64,000 bases of DNA from positions 119,101 through 183,100 of IMG/VR virus record IMGVR_UViG_3300023223_000669; one strand, given 5' to 3'. Origin of the DNA: a virus. Positions 39,682 through 49,558 of the stretch are shown one piece after another; the first letter of the stretch is position 1; every line of letters begins with the position of its first letter. The translations under genes were made by a program, and so were the position numbers. The notes under the pieces are model-generated. The model was not told where the DNA came from. It saw nothing but the letters and a program-made list of their open reading frames with translations, and ran no database searches.

Positions 39682-40154
39682 TGAATCTTGGTGTTGGTAG
39701 TATCATATCTGTTGGCGGCGGCACTGGTGGCGGTGGAGCTTCTAGCGGTATTCAAACTATCAATCCTGGGACTAATATTGGTCCGACTATCGAATTTCAA
39801 GGAGCCAATGGAGTTGTCGTTACTTCACCGAGCACAAACGTAATATTAATTGATGGTGCGGGTGCTTCTGGTGTTAGTGGTGGTACTACTGCTAGTGGAC
39901 TTTGTTTTGCCGCTGACTTTACTGGTATTACGGCCAGCACCATCACTCATAATCTAGGAACAACCAATGTAGTAATTGATGTATTTGATGCTTCTGACAA
40001 TCAAATGCATCCTGATGCCGTATCTATTATAGACATTAATAATATATCACTGGCATTTAATACTCCACAGACGGGAAAAGTTGTCATTGTTGCTTGCGGT
40101 GGCAATAATACCAACCTTGAAGAAGCTAAACGCTACGCATTATTGGTGAGTTAG
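39681..40154 (+). CDS. Putative virion/fibre protein
   Basis: G/S/T-rich; TITHNLGTTNVVIDVFD module. Confidence 0.55.
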   Translation: MNLGVGSIISVGGGTGGGGASSGIQTINPGTNIGPTIEFQGANGVVVTSPSTNVILIDGAGASGVSGGTTASGLCFAADFTGITASTITHNLGTTNVVIDVFDASDNQMHPDAVSIIDINNISLAFNTPQTGKVVIVACGGNNTNLEEAKRYALLVS

Positions 40155-40156
40155 AC

Positions 40157-40492
40157 ATGACATTACAAGAGAAACAACTAGGACAACTGAGACCGGCGAA
40201 TACAACGGCTGCATCATTGTATTCGCCTAGTGCTGGCGTGACTGCCATCATAAAATCTGTCTATATTACTAACACAACGCCTGGGTCGGTGACATTCAGA
40301 ATCTTTGCTGACGATGATGGAACCACCTACGATGAAACGACGGCTCTCTTTTGGGATGCTACAATTGCTGGCAACACAACGATTGAGCTTGATACGTTTC
40401 TTGCATTCAACAATGCGGCTGGCAATCTTGCCGTTCGTACATCTAGTGCAAATGCACTCACATTCACGGCCTTTGGAGCGGAGGTAAGCTAA
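40157..40492 (+). CDS. Putative virion structural protein
   Basis: T-rich jelly-roll-like pattern (SLYS..AIIKSVYITN..TFRIF). Confidence 0.55.
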   Translation: MTLQEKQLGQLRPANTTAASLYSPSAGVTAIIKSVYITNTTPGSVTFRIFADDDGTTYDETTALFWDATIAGNTTIELDTFLAFNNAAGNLAVRTSSANALTFTAFGAEVS

Positions 40493-41643
40493 TGTCTATC
40501 AATGTTTTCCCCGGTGGAGACGTCTTTGAAATCAACAGAACTGCGTTTGGAGAACTTCGTGTTGCTGAACTCACCCCGAAGGTTCAATTGAACTTCCCTT
40601 ACAATATCAATCTGCGATTGGTCAAAGACCTCAGTGGTGGTGGCGGTACACTTACCCAGGTCAGTGGTCTAGCGGTTTGTTCTAGTTCTGCTTCTACAAA
40701 TGCCAGTGGCGTACTCCAGAGTCGACGCTTTTTGAAGTATGATCCAGGCGAAGGTGCTTTGGTTCGTTTTACTGCACTCTTTACCCCTGGCGTAGTTGGT
40801 TCTAGTCAAGAAATTGGTATTGGCGATGGACTTGATGGCTACTTTTTTGGTTATGATGGTACATCTTTTGGTATTATGCGTAGGCGTGATGGTGTAGACA
40901 ACTGGACACCACAGTCAAGCTGGAACATCGATACGATGCCAGATATTGATGTTACCCTTGGCAATGTGTACCAGATCAATTATCAATGGTTGGGTTTTGG
41001 ACAGATTCTTTTCGCTATCGAAGATCCTGTGAACGGGTCTTTCAGGCCGGTCCATGCTATCAAATACACCAACACTGAACTTGTGCCATCGATTTTGAAC
41101 CCAAGTCTTCCTATGTATATTTTTGCTGGTAATACAACGAACAATACAGACGTTGTTGTCAAGACTTCATCTATGGGGGCGTTTGTTGAAGGGAATGAAG
41201 TTGGTCTTGGATTCTTGAACGCGAGCGGTGTTGCCAAGTCTCAAGGAACCACTGTATTGCCTGTTATTTCATTCCGCAACAACCTTACTTTTCAAGGTCA
41301 ACGCAATCGAACTGTTGTTCAGATTTTGCGTGCCTTTGTGAGTAATGAAGGTAACCAGGGTGTTGAGTTTGAGGTCTTTTTAAATCCAACTCTAACGGAT
41401 GCTTCTTTCAATGATGTGGATTCGAGTACATCCGTTATTTCTATCGATATTTCAGCTACCACATTTACTGGTGGATTTGAGATAATCAATAGCTTGGTGG
41501 GTAGCAATAGTAGCGATACATTCTCCATTGAAGACCTTAATGTTGAACTAGATCCTGGCGATATTATATTGATTGCTGCTCATCGTTTGAGTGGGTCTTC
41601 CGCAGACATTGATGCTGGACTTGTTTGGCGAGAACGACCTTAG
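40492..41643 (+). CDS. Putative virion protein, beta-sandwich/lectin-like
   Basis: ELRVA; LQSRRFLKY.PG; DGYFFGYDG; YQWLGFG pattern typical of phage structural proteins. Confidence 0.55.
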   Translation: MSINVFPGGDVFEINRTAFGELRVAELTPKVQLNFPYNINLRLVKDLSGGGGTLTQVSGLAVCSSSASTNASGVLQSRRFLKYDPGEGALVRFTALFTPGVVGSSQEIGIGDGLDGYFFGYDGTSFGIMRRRDGVDNWTPQSSWNIDTMPDIDVTLGNVYQINYQWLGFGQILFAIEDPVNGSFRPVHAIKYTNTELVPSILNPSLPMYIFAGNTTNNTDVVVKTSSMGAFVEGNEVGLGFLNASGVAKSQGTTVLPVISFRNNLTFQGQRNRTVVQILRAFVSNEGNQGVEFEVFLNPTLTDASFNDVDSSTSVISIDISATTFTGGFEIINSLVGSNSSDTFSIEDLNVELDPGDIILIAAHRLSGSSADIDAGLVWRERP

Positions 41644-41670
41644 TGTATTTGTTAAGAGGAGGATAATATC

Positions 41671-42477
41671 ATGGGTTTACCTTTTAATGGCGATCTGGTT
41701 CCGGTCAGTAGTGGCTTTGCGAACCTAGGCGTAGACGTAGGGACGAACAGTCAAAACGCATTCGACGCTACACAAGGGGCTATTCGCCCCTTTAATCATA
41801 TCCATCAGGTTAGCGGTATCTATCATGATCCGCTGCATGGTCAATCTGGTGTGCTTCGTTACAATCAAGACCTTGCGTGTTTTGAAGTTTCGGTTGATGG
41901 TGGTCTAGTATTTGCTTGTCTAGCTAGTACAGCTAACGTTGTTACGTCTGTTGGCCAGATTGGTGGTGCCAATCTCACTGGTGATGTTGATTTTGCAACA
42001 CCGCCTAGTGGTTTCCTCATCATTGACGACACGGGCGGCGTCAGCCCACTTATTTGGGCGGTTGATCAACTTGGTCTGTCTGGCCTGTGGGATTTCCCAA
42101 CACAGGGATTTAATGGTCGTGTCGTCAATGAGATTATTGACTTCCATGGCACAACCGCACAGGGCTCCGTCACCTTCCTGGGTATTTCTGGTATTATTGT
42201 TGACCTAGTTGGTCAAACTGTTACCATTGGTCCTGCTGAGGGTGCTGGCTTTGCCGGTTGTTTCGTGCAGGATTTCACAAGTGCCCTTGAAGTTTGGACG
42301 ATTGCTCATAATCTTAACACTGAAAACGTTCAGGTACAATTGTGGAATGGTGCTCAAGCACCTAAGGACTGGATCATTCCTGACCTTATCATAGGTGTTA
42401 ATCAAAACACTGTAGAAGCACGTTTTAATGTTGCACAGTCTGGTCAGGCTGTAGTGATTGCTTGCCCGAATACATAA
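41671..42477 (+). CDS. Putative fibre protein
   Basis: SD GAGGAGG; N-terminus paralogous to 42482; WTIAHNLNTENVQVQLW module. Confidence 0.55.
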   Translation: MGLPFNGDLVPVSSGFANLGVDVGTNSQNAFDATQGAIRPFNHIHQVSGIYHDPLHGQSGVLRYNQDLACFEVSVDGGLVFACLASTANVVTSVGQIGGANLTGDVDFATPPSGFLIIDDTGGVSPLIWAVDQLGLSGLWDFPTQGFNGRVVNEIIDFHGTTAQGSVTFLGISGIIVDLVGQTVTIGPAEGAGFAGCFVQDFTSALEVWTIAHNLNTENVQVQLWNGAQAPKDWIIPDLIIGVNQNTVEARFNVAQSGQAVVIACPNT

Positions 42478-42481
42478 TATA

Positions 42482-44257
42482 ATGGCTGTTGATACTGGTG
42501 ATCTTGTTCCGCGTGCAAGTGGTTCAGCCAGCCTTGGCGTCGAAATGGTCAATGGCATGGGTGGGCTTACTAGGGACATTCGTCCGTACGCTCAGGTTCA
42601 TCAACTCAGTGGTGTTCTACATTACGCTGGTGGATCGGGTGTATTGCGATTCGGATATGACGATAGTGGGGACCGTGCTATCCAATGCTCTACTGATGGT
42701 GGTTTAACCTTCGGAGAGCTGCCACACTCTGGACAAATCCAAGAGTCTATTGACGCTGCTCTTATTGAAGCTGGAGTTACACCACACACGTTGCAAGCAG
42801 CGTATGACGGTGGCAATGAAATGCTCATTGACAACGATCCTGCTGGTTATCATGGGCCACTTGTTTTACAGAATGAAACTGGTCGTTTGTTACCTGGTCT
42901 TTCTGCTGTAGAAATAGATCAAATTCATCTGGACTATGCCATTGGTATCAGTGGTTCTGCTGTTGATATCAATAATCCAGATAGTTTTGCGTTTACTGCT
43001 ATAAGGGCTGGTGCGATTCTTCTCAAGTCTTCTGGCCTTCTATCTCCTGCTAATAGTTTACATATGGGATTTGACGAGGAAGGCATTTCCAATGCGGCAT
43101 TTATAACCACTAGTGGCAGCCTGAATGTTCAGGCCGATAGTCTCTTGATCATGGAGTCTTTCTTTGGCAGTGTTACTCTCCAATCGCGAGCCAGTTCTAT
43201 GACTCTTTCCACTACGGATCAGAACGGTCCCGGTGGTGATATCAGCCTTGCTTCTGTACAAGATATAGTAACATCCGCTGGAGATGATGAAACGGGCCTT
43301 GGTGGACAGATTGAATTAAATGCATTCCGAGGTAGTGGTCAATTAGATTATCGATTTGGTCCTCATCAATCCTGGTATACGAAACAAACCCACTCGTCCA
43401 CAAGTGGGCCTTTTGGTGATGGTTTTAATCCGCTCGTGCCGTCTGGTCAAATCATCCAGATGATTTTGGAGAACGCCCCTGCTGGTAGTGCAACTACTCT
43501 ACAAGAAGCTTATGACGCTGGTCGCACTATCTTTATCGATGGTAATAACGATCTGGAAATTACTGGTGGAGACAGTAAATTCAAATTAGGCACCAATGGT
43601 GTCAATGCACCAGTACAATTGTCTGGTGTGCTTGATTTGCATACGACTCAACAACGCGGTGATCTTACTCATATGATTACGAGTAATTTCCAGGATGGAT
43701 TCACAGCACCTACTAGCGTTGAGGAAGCCGCAGCTCGTTCATTAGGATTGGGCGATATTGCTTTTGTTACTGCATCAGGTGTGACTAATTTGCGTGTTGG
43801 TTCTGGAATTGCAGAGTTCGTTAATCCAATCGCACAAACAGATTTAACCGTTGCTGCTGGCGAAACTCCAATTAACTGGGACTTCAGTCAATCAGATACA
43901 CATTATCTCATTGATAGTAACAGTGATATTATGATCTTGGTTCCTGGGAATTATCGTATTTCATATTACATAAATACTAGTCAGGGGGTTGGAAGCACCC
44001 GTACTATTGTAAGAGGTCGGGCCGTGATAGGTGGAACGCCACTCCTTCGCAGTACAGCTTATGGATATTCACGAATTACAACTGCACCCGAAGCTACCAC
44101 TGGCAAAACTTTCCTTGTTAATTTTTTTGCTGGTCAAATATTGCAAATTACTGTTACAAATTTAGATACAAGCACGTTGGGTACTATAGTGGGAGAATGT
44201 TCTGTCATTATTGAAAGATTAGGTCCGATTAAAGACGCCCCAGATACCGGTGATTAA
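42482..44257 (+). CDS. Putative tail/head fibre with C1q/BclA-like C-terminal head
   Basis: Repeated TLQ(A/E)AYD(G/A)G motifs; C-terminal PGNYRISYYIN..AGQILQITV beta-sandwich. Confidence 0.6.
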   Translation: MAVDTGDLVPRASGSASLGVEMVNGMGGLTRDIRPYAQVHQLSGVLHYAGGSGVLRFGYDDSGDRAIQCSTDGGLTFGELPHSGQIQESIDAALIEAGVTPHTLQAAYDGGNEMLIDNDPAGYHGPLVLQNETGRLLPGLSAVEIDQIHLDYAIGISGSAVDINNPDSFAFTAIRAGAILLKSSGLLSPANSLHMGFDEEGISNAAFITTSGSLNVQADSLLIMESFFGSVTLQSRASSMTLSTTDQNGPGGDISLASVQDIVTSAGDDETGLGGQIELNAFRGSGQLDYRFGPHQSWYTKQTHSSTSGPFGDGFNPLVPSGQIIQMILENAPAGSATTLQEAYDAGRTIFIDGNNDLEITGGDSKFKLGTNGVNAPVQLSGVLDLHTTQQRGDLTHMITSNFQDGFTAPTSVEEAAARSLGLGDIAFVTASGVTNLRVGSGIAEFVNPIAQTDLTVAAGETPINWDFSQSDTHYLIDSNSDIMILVPGNYRISYYINTSQGVGSTRTIVRGRAVIGGTPLLRSTAYGYSRITTAPEATTGKTFLVNFFAGQILQITVTNLDTSTLGTIVGECSVIIERLGPIKDAPDTGD

Positions 44258-44990
44258 CATTATGAATATATTTAATCCTAACTTAGATAGACATGATGCA
44301 TTACAAGCTCCAATTATAGTAGGAACTGGTATTGATGGTAAGACATTACAAAATATTTATATTGGCGTTCAAGTTGATGCTAGCGGCGTCATAGATCCCA
44401 ATACTGCAACTCCAATTCGCGGTTTACATACCTGTGAAACAGTATTATATGACCTAACAACTGGTGTGTCTGGTCGTCTTACTCTTAATGGCTTGAAACG
44501 CAAGCTATCTATTTTCATTGAAAATCAGATTGAAGAATTCATCCCCACGGTTAAGGCATCTGGTCAAGCTATTTTTGAAGCTTATGATTCGACAGGCGGA
44601 CAAGTTATCAGCAACGTAATATCAGCAATTCGATTCAATAACGTAAGAGTGAATACTGATCCCTCAGAATATACTCGTACACAAACCTCTATTACAGTAT
44701 TAAATGGAGGCTTGTTTGAAGTTGATGCACGGGTTACGCTTAATAATCCAACTGCTACTCGTACCACTTCGATCATGGCTATTTTTAGAAATGGTGTTGA
44801 GGAACCTGGTAGCCGTGCATTTGGTTATCATCGTAATACTGCCAATGGTGAGGCATCATTAAATACCAGGATTGTGTTGGCGGCTGTACAGCCTGGTGAC
44901 ACATTTGATATTCGTGCCGTCATAATGACCGGAAGTAACCTGACTACTGTCGCAGACGCCTCTTCCGTCTCTGTTAGAAAGCTATTTTAA
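44250..44990 (+). CDS. Putative fibre/receptor-binding protein with C1q-like domain
   Basis: AIRFNN..ITVLNGGLFEVDARV..PGDTFDIRA. Confidence 0.55.
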   Translation: MINIMNIFNPNLDRHDALQAPIIVGTGIDGKTLQNIYIGVQVDASGVIDPNTATPIRGLHTCETVLYDLTTGVSGRLTLNGLKRKLSIFIENQIEEFIPTVKASGQAIFEAYDSTGGQVISNVISAIRFNNVRVNTDPSEYTRTQTSITVLNGGLFEVDARVTLNNPTATRTTSIMAIFRNGVEEPGSRAFGYHRNTANGEASLNTRIVLAAVQPGDTFDIRAVIMTGSNLTTVADASSVSVRKLF

Positions 44991-44991
44991 C

Positions 44992-45321
44992 ATGCTATAC
45001 ATGCTCATATTACAGGCGGCTGCCGAGCCCGGTATAGGGTCCATTATCGGAGCCCTCATGGAAAAGTATGGTATCACTGGCTTGGCCTTTGGTATCTTAC
45101 TCATCCTGATGTTACGTGTCAACAAAGCCGGTGTACTTCGTATTGCGGCCTTGGAGCAACAGCAACAGGCACAGCATACTGCACACCTTGCCGATCAAAA
45201 AGAAATGATTAGCGAATATGTGGACTTGGTTAAGAATAAGACCCGCGTGTTGGCTGACCTCACGGGATGCTTGAGAGCAATCAAGGATACTCTAAATCGA
45301 ATGGAACGAAGAGGCGACTAA
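44992..45321 (+). CDS. Small membrane protein, holin-like
   Basis: N-terminal hydrophobic helix followed by coiled coil; last gene of the structural block. Confidence 0.45.
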   Translation: MLYMLILQAAAEPGIGSIIGALMEKYGITGLAFGILLILMLRVNKAGVLRIAALEQQQQAQHTAHLADQKEMISEYVDLVKNKTRVLADLTGCLRAIKDTLNRMERRGD

Positions 45322-45355
45322 CAAAAAAGGGGCGGCCAGTGGCCGCCCCTTGTTG
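45322..45355. terminator. Bidirectional intrinsic terminator
   Basis: AAGGGGCGGCCA-G-TGGCCGCCCCTT hairpin between convergent genes; A-tract gives poly-U on the minus strand. Confidence 0.85.
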
Positions 45356-45373
45356 CTTATAGACCTAGCGGTC

Positions 45374-45625
45374 TCAGATAATCTTGGGTACACCTGTACC
45401 CGGTTGCTGAGTCCGCTTTTCTTTTCGAGCTTGATCAGCCGCGATGCTTGCCTCAGCAGTCATGACCGCTGCCCCAAAGGGCTTGACCTCCGGACGCTGG
45501 AAAAAAGCAAGGATTGCTCCACGAATCTCTGCACGAACCTCAGCAGGGATCTCGAATTGTTCCAGACGTTCACGGAGAATACGATCAAGGGTAGTAGTAA
45601 CGTCTGTACTCTTATCACTTGTCAT
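45374..45625 (-). CDS. Hypothetical protein
   Basis: ATG overlaps the upstream stop. Confidence 0.5.
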   Translation of the reverse strand: MTSDKSTDVTTTLDRILRERLEQFEIPAEVRAEIRGAILAFFQRPEVKPFGAAVMTAEASIAADQARKEKRTQQPGTGVPKII

Positions 45626-46133
45626 CTGTCTTTTCTCCAAACCAAGATAGTTTAAGTCTATCGACCAGCCTCTTGCGGCCAGTCTTCCTGTTCGCCTCCT
45701 GAGTCTTGGCTTCCCTCTCAGCGATTTCTTTCCGCGTTCTGCGATCAATTTGATCGAGCATGTCACCATGCGAGGCGACGATAGACGCCTTGACATAGGT
45801 GGTCGATTGTTTGCGGAAGAACACTACCGACCGGATTGTGGGAATGACATCCCTTTTCAATGTTTTAAGCCATTCGTTACACGTTGTATCGAGTGGTCCA
45901 ATGTTGCCATTGAGTTCGTCTATGATGCGACTGTCATTATACACCATGATATCTTGTTGCACTTGGGCCGCACGTAGCTCGCAGAGTGCGAGATAGAGTA
46001 CCTTATATGCATGATGTTGTGGTGGAAAGATCTTGTCGCCATGTTCTGTCATAGCCGGGGTGCAGCGTCGAGAAATCTCGACACCTTCCCCGGCTATATA
46101 GTAACCGTCTTCGTTGAAGAAAACAGTAATCAA
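45615..46133 (-). CDS. Degenerate RNase H-like fold protein
   Basis: AYKVLYLAL..IMVYNDSRIIDELNG resembles RNase HI helix A and DS motif; other catalytic acids not evident. Confidence 0.5.
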   Translation of the reverse strand: MITVFFNEDGYYIAGEGVEISRRCTPAMTEHGDKIFPPQHHAYKVLYLALCELRAAQVQQDIMVYNDSRIIDELNGNIGPLDTTCNEWLKTLKRDVIPTIRSVVFFRKQSTTYVKASIVASHGDMLDQIDRRTRKEIAEREAKTQEANRKTGRKRLVDRLKLSWFGEKTDDK

Positions 46134-46142
46134 GGCTTCGCC

Positions 46143-46703
46143 TTAGACACCCTGGCGATAGCCAATGATTTGGCCACCGAACTCTACCTCAAGGGCTTCC
46201 CCTTCGATAACTTCCTCTGCACTAACGACGGTAGCCGAGCGTAGAGCGTCTGCTACACGAGTAAGCATTTCTTTTGTCCGTGGAGACAGAGCTACGATTC
46301 CGGTTTCCGGATCGAGCCACTCAAGGGCACCACGAGACAGAAGTTCTTGCTCAACGATAAGCAGCAGTAGTTGCACTTCTTCGCTGGTAAGACCAGCACT
46401 TTCAAGTGCGGGTAGAATGAGGGATGTAGCTCCAGATACGACAGTCTGGTCCCGTAGGATTTCCAGTGCCGTAGCAGCAGTATTGAGTTCACTTGCGGAT
46501 ACAAGATCCTCAGTGAGAGCACGGTTGGCGGCAATCTTCACGCCGAGCGTGATGTAAAGCTGCCACCTGGCATATTCAAGATCACTCATTTCTTCTAGGG
46601 CCTTGATGCCCTGTCCATCACCGGTTGTGACACAGCCGGTTACGGCACCGACGCCCAGGGCTAGACCTAGTACGCCGATTGCAATCCATTTTTTCTTTTC
46701 CAT
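46143..46703 (-). CDS. Predicted lipoprotein
   Basis: MEKKK + hydrophobic stretch + lipobox VTG-C. Confidence 0.7.
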   Translation of the reverse strand: MEKKKWIAIGVLGLALGVGAVTGCVTTGDGQGIKALEEMSDLEYARWQLYITLGVKIAANRALTEDLVSASELNTAATALEILRDQTVVSGATSLILPALESAGLTSEEVQLLLLIVEQELLSRGALEWLDPETGIVALSPRTKEMLTRVADALRSATVVSAEEVIEGEALEVEFGGQIIGYRQGV

Positions 46704-46717
46704 TACAAATTTCCTAA

Positions 46718-47290
46718 CTAGTTAGATAGATCGCGGACGTTGACGCCTTTCGGAATCTTCTGATTTCGATATGCCAGCTTGTCGTCTGCTGTCTTTTCTG
46801 GGATCCTCGTTTGACAGTCAGGACAGACACGATAAGCATAACGTCTGCCGTCACGCATGGTGGTTTGGATGCGGCCCTTGTTCATGTGTCTAGTTGGACA
46901 CTTACTCTTGGGGACACCCAATACTTTACCCACAGGACCATCCGTGGGCACTTCTCTAGGGGACTCGTCCTCTAGTACGCCAGCCTCGCGAAGCTCACGT
47001 TTCTTCTCTGCTACAACACGAGCGTCACCTTCTGGTTCTTCTTCCTCCAAATCTTCAAGCGTTCTACGGCCTGTCGCTTTCTTAGTATGAGAGGAGAATG
47101 ACCAGTAAGATTCTAGTGCGGCATCATTGCCAGCCACCAGTTGTTGCTCTAGTCTTGCAGCAGCATCAGGACTGAGATCATAGCTCCGTCCTTTAGCTTT
47201 ACCTTTCTTTTTGATTGTGATGATAACCGTTTCCTCAGGATCATACTCCTGCTTGGTCAGGTCACATTCTTGAATTACTCGTTTAGCCAT
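46718..47290 (-). CDS. Hypothetical protein with Lsr2-like N-terminus and C-terminal Zn ribbon
   Basis: MAKRVI..DL..ETV....YDLS..AA.L pattern; CPTRH/CPDC. Confidence 0.45.
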   Translation of the reverse strand: MAKRVIQECDLTKQEYDPEETVIITIKKKGKAKGRSYDLSPDAAARLEQQLVAGNDAALESYWSFSSHTKKATGRRTLEDLEEEEPEGDARVVAEKKRELREAGVLEDESPREVPTDGPVGKVLGVPKSKCPTRHMNKGRIQTTMRDGRRYAYRVCPDCQTRIPEKTADDKLAYRNQKIPKGVNVRDLSN

Positions 47291-47888
47291 TACGAATTCT
47301 ATTTAGCCATTTATGGAACAACGTTGGTACAAGATCTCGTTTAGCATAGTTGCAAATTTTACAACATGGCACAACATTATTGATAGAATAATTACCGCAT
47401 GAGTCTATACGATCTATTCCGTTAACGCGAATTGTTGCCGATAATTGCCATGGTTGTTCGTTAGAAGAGTCTCTTTCGCGTCTTTGTTTTGTTAAGTATG
47501 GATTTTTTTCTGTCAATGGTTCTATACCACAATAATGACAGTCCATTATAAAAATTGCTATTGCCTGTGTTCTGCTTAATAACCACTTTAGGTTATCTCT
47601 TTTACATCTTTGTTTATAGCTGTTAATGACGGCATTAAAGCTTGCGTCTTGTGGGTTTTTATGTTTTCTGTTTTTTGGTTGACCATATTGATATCTTTTA
47701 CATCCACAAGATAATCTTTTGCCACGTTCGCGGATCGCCCAACTAGTTGTTATTTTTTCTTGGCCACAATCACATATAGCCTTCCAATACACAACCCCTT
47801 GGCGATGGTTTTTTGGGACTTCTATGCGTTCAATAATAGTTAAATAACCAACTTTTTGTCCACTAAAATCTTGGTATTTTCTTGCCAT
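47283..47888 (-). CDS. HNH-like homing endonuclease
   Basis: GQKVGYL; CHYCG; NGIDRIDS..Y..NNVVPCCKICN.AK. Confidence 0.8.
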   Translation of the reverse strand: MARKYQDFSGQKVGYLTIIERIEVPKNHRQGVVYWKAICDCGQEKITTSWAIRERGKRLSCGCKRYQYGQPKNRKHKNPQDASFNAVINSYKQRCKRDNLKWLLSRTQAIAIFIMDCHYCGIEPLTEKNPYLTKQRRERDSSNEQPWQLSATIRVNGIDRIDSCGNYSINNVVPCCKICNYAKRDLVPTLFHKWLNRIRNG

Positions 47889-47902
47889 ACTTATTTAATA
47901 CA

Positions 47903-48592
47903 CTACATATAGTCTGATAAACCACTATTTTCATGTTTTTGATATGCTTGCAAGATTTGTTTAACGATTTGTGATCTCTGAACACAGCATATATTGTCCA
48001 TTGAAACTATACCAACTCCAGGCACGCCGTCTAAAACGTTAATGGCTTCCGGCAAGGCACTGTTACGAGAATCAATATCCATTTGATCAATATCTCCTTG
48101 TATAACCATCTTACAATTCTTACCAATACGCGTCAAGATCATCTTCATCGCCGCCCCATTGAGCGGTACATTTTGTGCCTCTTCAACGATAACAAAACAG
48201 TTGTTAAAAGAACGACCACGGCACATACTCAACACCGTAAACTCAAATTTTTGTGCCATCAACTGGTGAACATCTTGTTCGTTATTTATACAAACACGTA
48301 GGTTGTCTTTGATAGATTCGACATAGGGGAGTACCTTTTCTTCTAATGTGCCGGGGAGAGCCCCGATCCGTTCACCTGTGTTCGATGGGATATAAGGTCT
48401 GATGATTATAATTCTTTGGATGCCTCCGCGTTTTGGGGATTTTCGGATCATACTTACCGCTTCAGCGAGAGCGAGAAATGTTTTGCCCGTACCAGCCAGG
48501 CCAGTGCAAATCGTTACATCGTTTTCTCTGATGGATTTTATATAATCTTCTTGTCCTGGTTGTGGCTTAGGTGGAATGAAATTCTTGAGCAT
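47903..48592 (-). CDS. phoH: PhoH-family ATPase
   Basis: GLAGTGKT; ALPGTLEEK; RGRSF..VIVEEAQN; LTRIG..GD..Q.D. Confidence 0.93.
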   Translation of the reverse strand: MLKNFIPPKPQPGQEDYIKSIRENDVTICTGLAGTGKTFLALAEAVSMIRKSPKRGGIQRIIIIRPYIPSNTGERIGALPGTLEEKVLPYVESIKDNLRVCINNEQDVHQLMAQKFEFTVLSMCRGRSFNNCFVIVEEAQNVPLNGAAMKMILTRIGKNCKMVIQGDIDQMDIDSRNSALPEAINVLDGVPGVGIVSMDNICCVQRSQIVKQILQAYQKHENSGLSDYM

Positions 48593-48594
48593 GT

Positions 48595-49362
48595 TTACCC
48601 CTTGTTGGCCCTCGTGCTTGCTTGGGACCTTTTCTTTTTTGCTCGCCTTTTAGCGATGGCTTTTTTGCGTTGGGGGGTAAGTTTCATGCCGGGTTGACCA
48701 CGCCAACTTGACCGGCGAGACTGATTCATAGCCTCTTTTTCAAGATGATGAGTAATGAGACGACCATTCAAATGGTCTACCTCATGCAAAACGCATCTTG
48801 CCCAGAAGCCAGTGAAGGTTTCTGTATGAACCTCGCCAGCAAGGTCCATATATTCAAGAGTCACACTCTTGGCACGAGGAAACGCTGCCCCCATGCCAGG
48901 GAGTGACAGACAGCCCTCGCCGCCCTTCTTGGTCTCGCGACTCTTGGACATGATAGTGGGATTGATGTAGACATTATTCTCTGCTTCGCCGTCACCGTTG
49001 GTGCCGTTGCGAAGCAGGAAGATACGACGGGGAACTCCAATCTGTACCGCCGCTATACCAGCCGCCTCTTCATCAAGAGCATTCAGCAGATCATCCATTT
49101 CGCCAACCGCCTGTTCCTCGGCGGGACTGAGCGGGACGCCACAGGGCTGTGAGTTCATTTCCAGCAAAGGGAATCGCTGAGGATCAGCGGTAGTGATGAT
49201 AAGATTTCGCATTGCCTGTTCGGGAATGCGAGCTTGTTCTTCCGCGATGAGTTCTTCGGGGGTACTTTCCTTGCCTTCCATTTGATCTATCCTTTGTGAT
49301 ACGGCGTCGTGGATGTCTTTATGGCTGCTATGTTCGCAACCTTTGCCTTCGCATTCGCTCAT
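48595..49362 (-). CDS. def: Peptide deformylase
   Basis: GIAAVQIG, EGCLS and HEVDH motifs. Confidence 0.93.
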   Translation of the reverse strand: MSECEGKGCEHSSHKDIHDAVSQRIDQMEGKESTPEELIAEEQARIPEQAMRNLIITTADPQRFPLLEMNSQPCGVPLSPAEEQAVGEMDDLLNALDEEAAGIAAVQIGVPRRIFLLRNGTNGDGEAENNVYINPTIMSKSRETKKGGEGCLSLPGMGAAFPRAKSVTLEYMDLAGEVHTETFTGFWARCVLHEVDHLNGRLITHHLEKEAMNQSRRSSWRGQPGMKLTPQRKKAIAKRRAKKKRSQASTRANKG

Positions 49363-49366
49363 GACA

Positions 49367-49558
49367 TTAGTCTTCCCCTACGGACATTTCGATAATGTGG
49401 ACAATACGTTCTTCATCACTAAACATATCATCACCAAGGCGATCAAGCCCGGGATCATAGCGTTCTATGAAGGTGTCTACGCCAGTTCTTGTGCTGAACA
49501 CGCCGATAACGCCTACGCCGCCCTTGCGGTATTCTTCAAGTAAAATGTGAACATTCAT
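49367..49558 (-). CDS. Small hypothetical protein
   Basis: Coupled ORF, VIGVFST pattern. Confidence 0.5.
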   Translation of the reverse strand: MNVHILLEEYRKGGVGVIGVFSTRTGVDTFIERYDPGLDRLGDDMFSDEERIVHIIEMSVGED

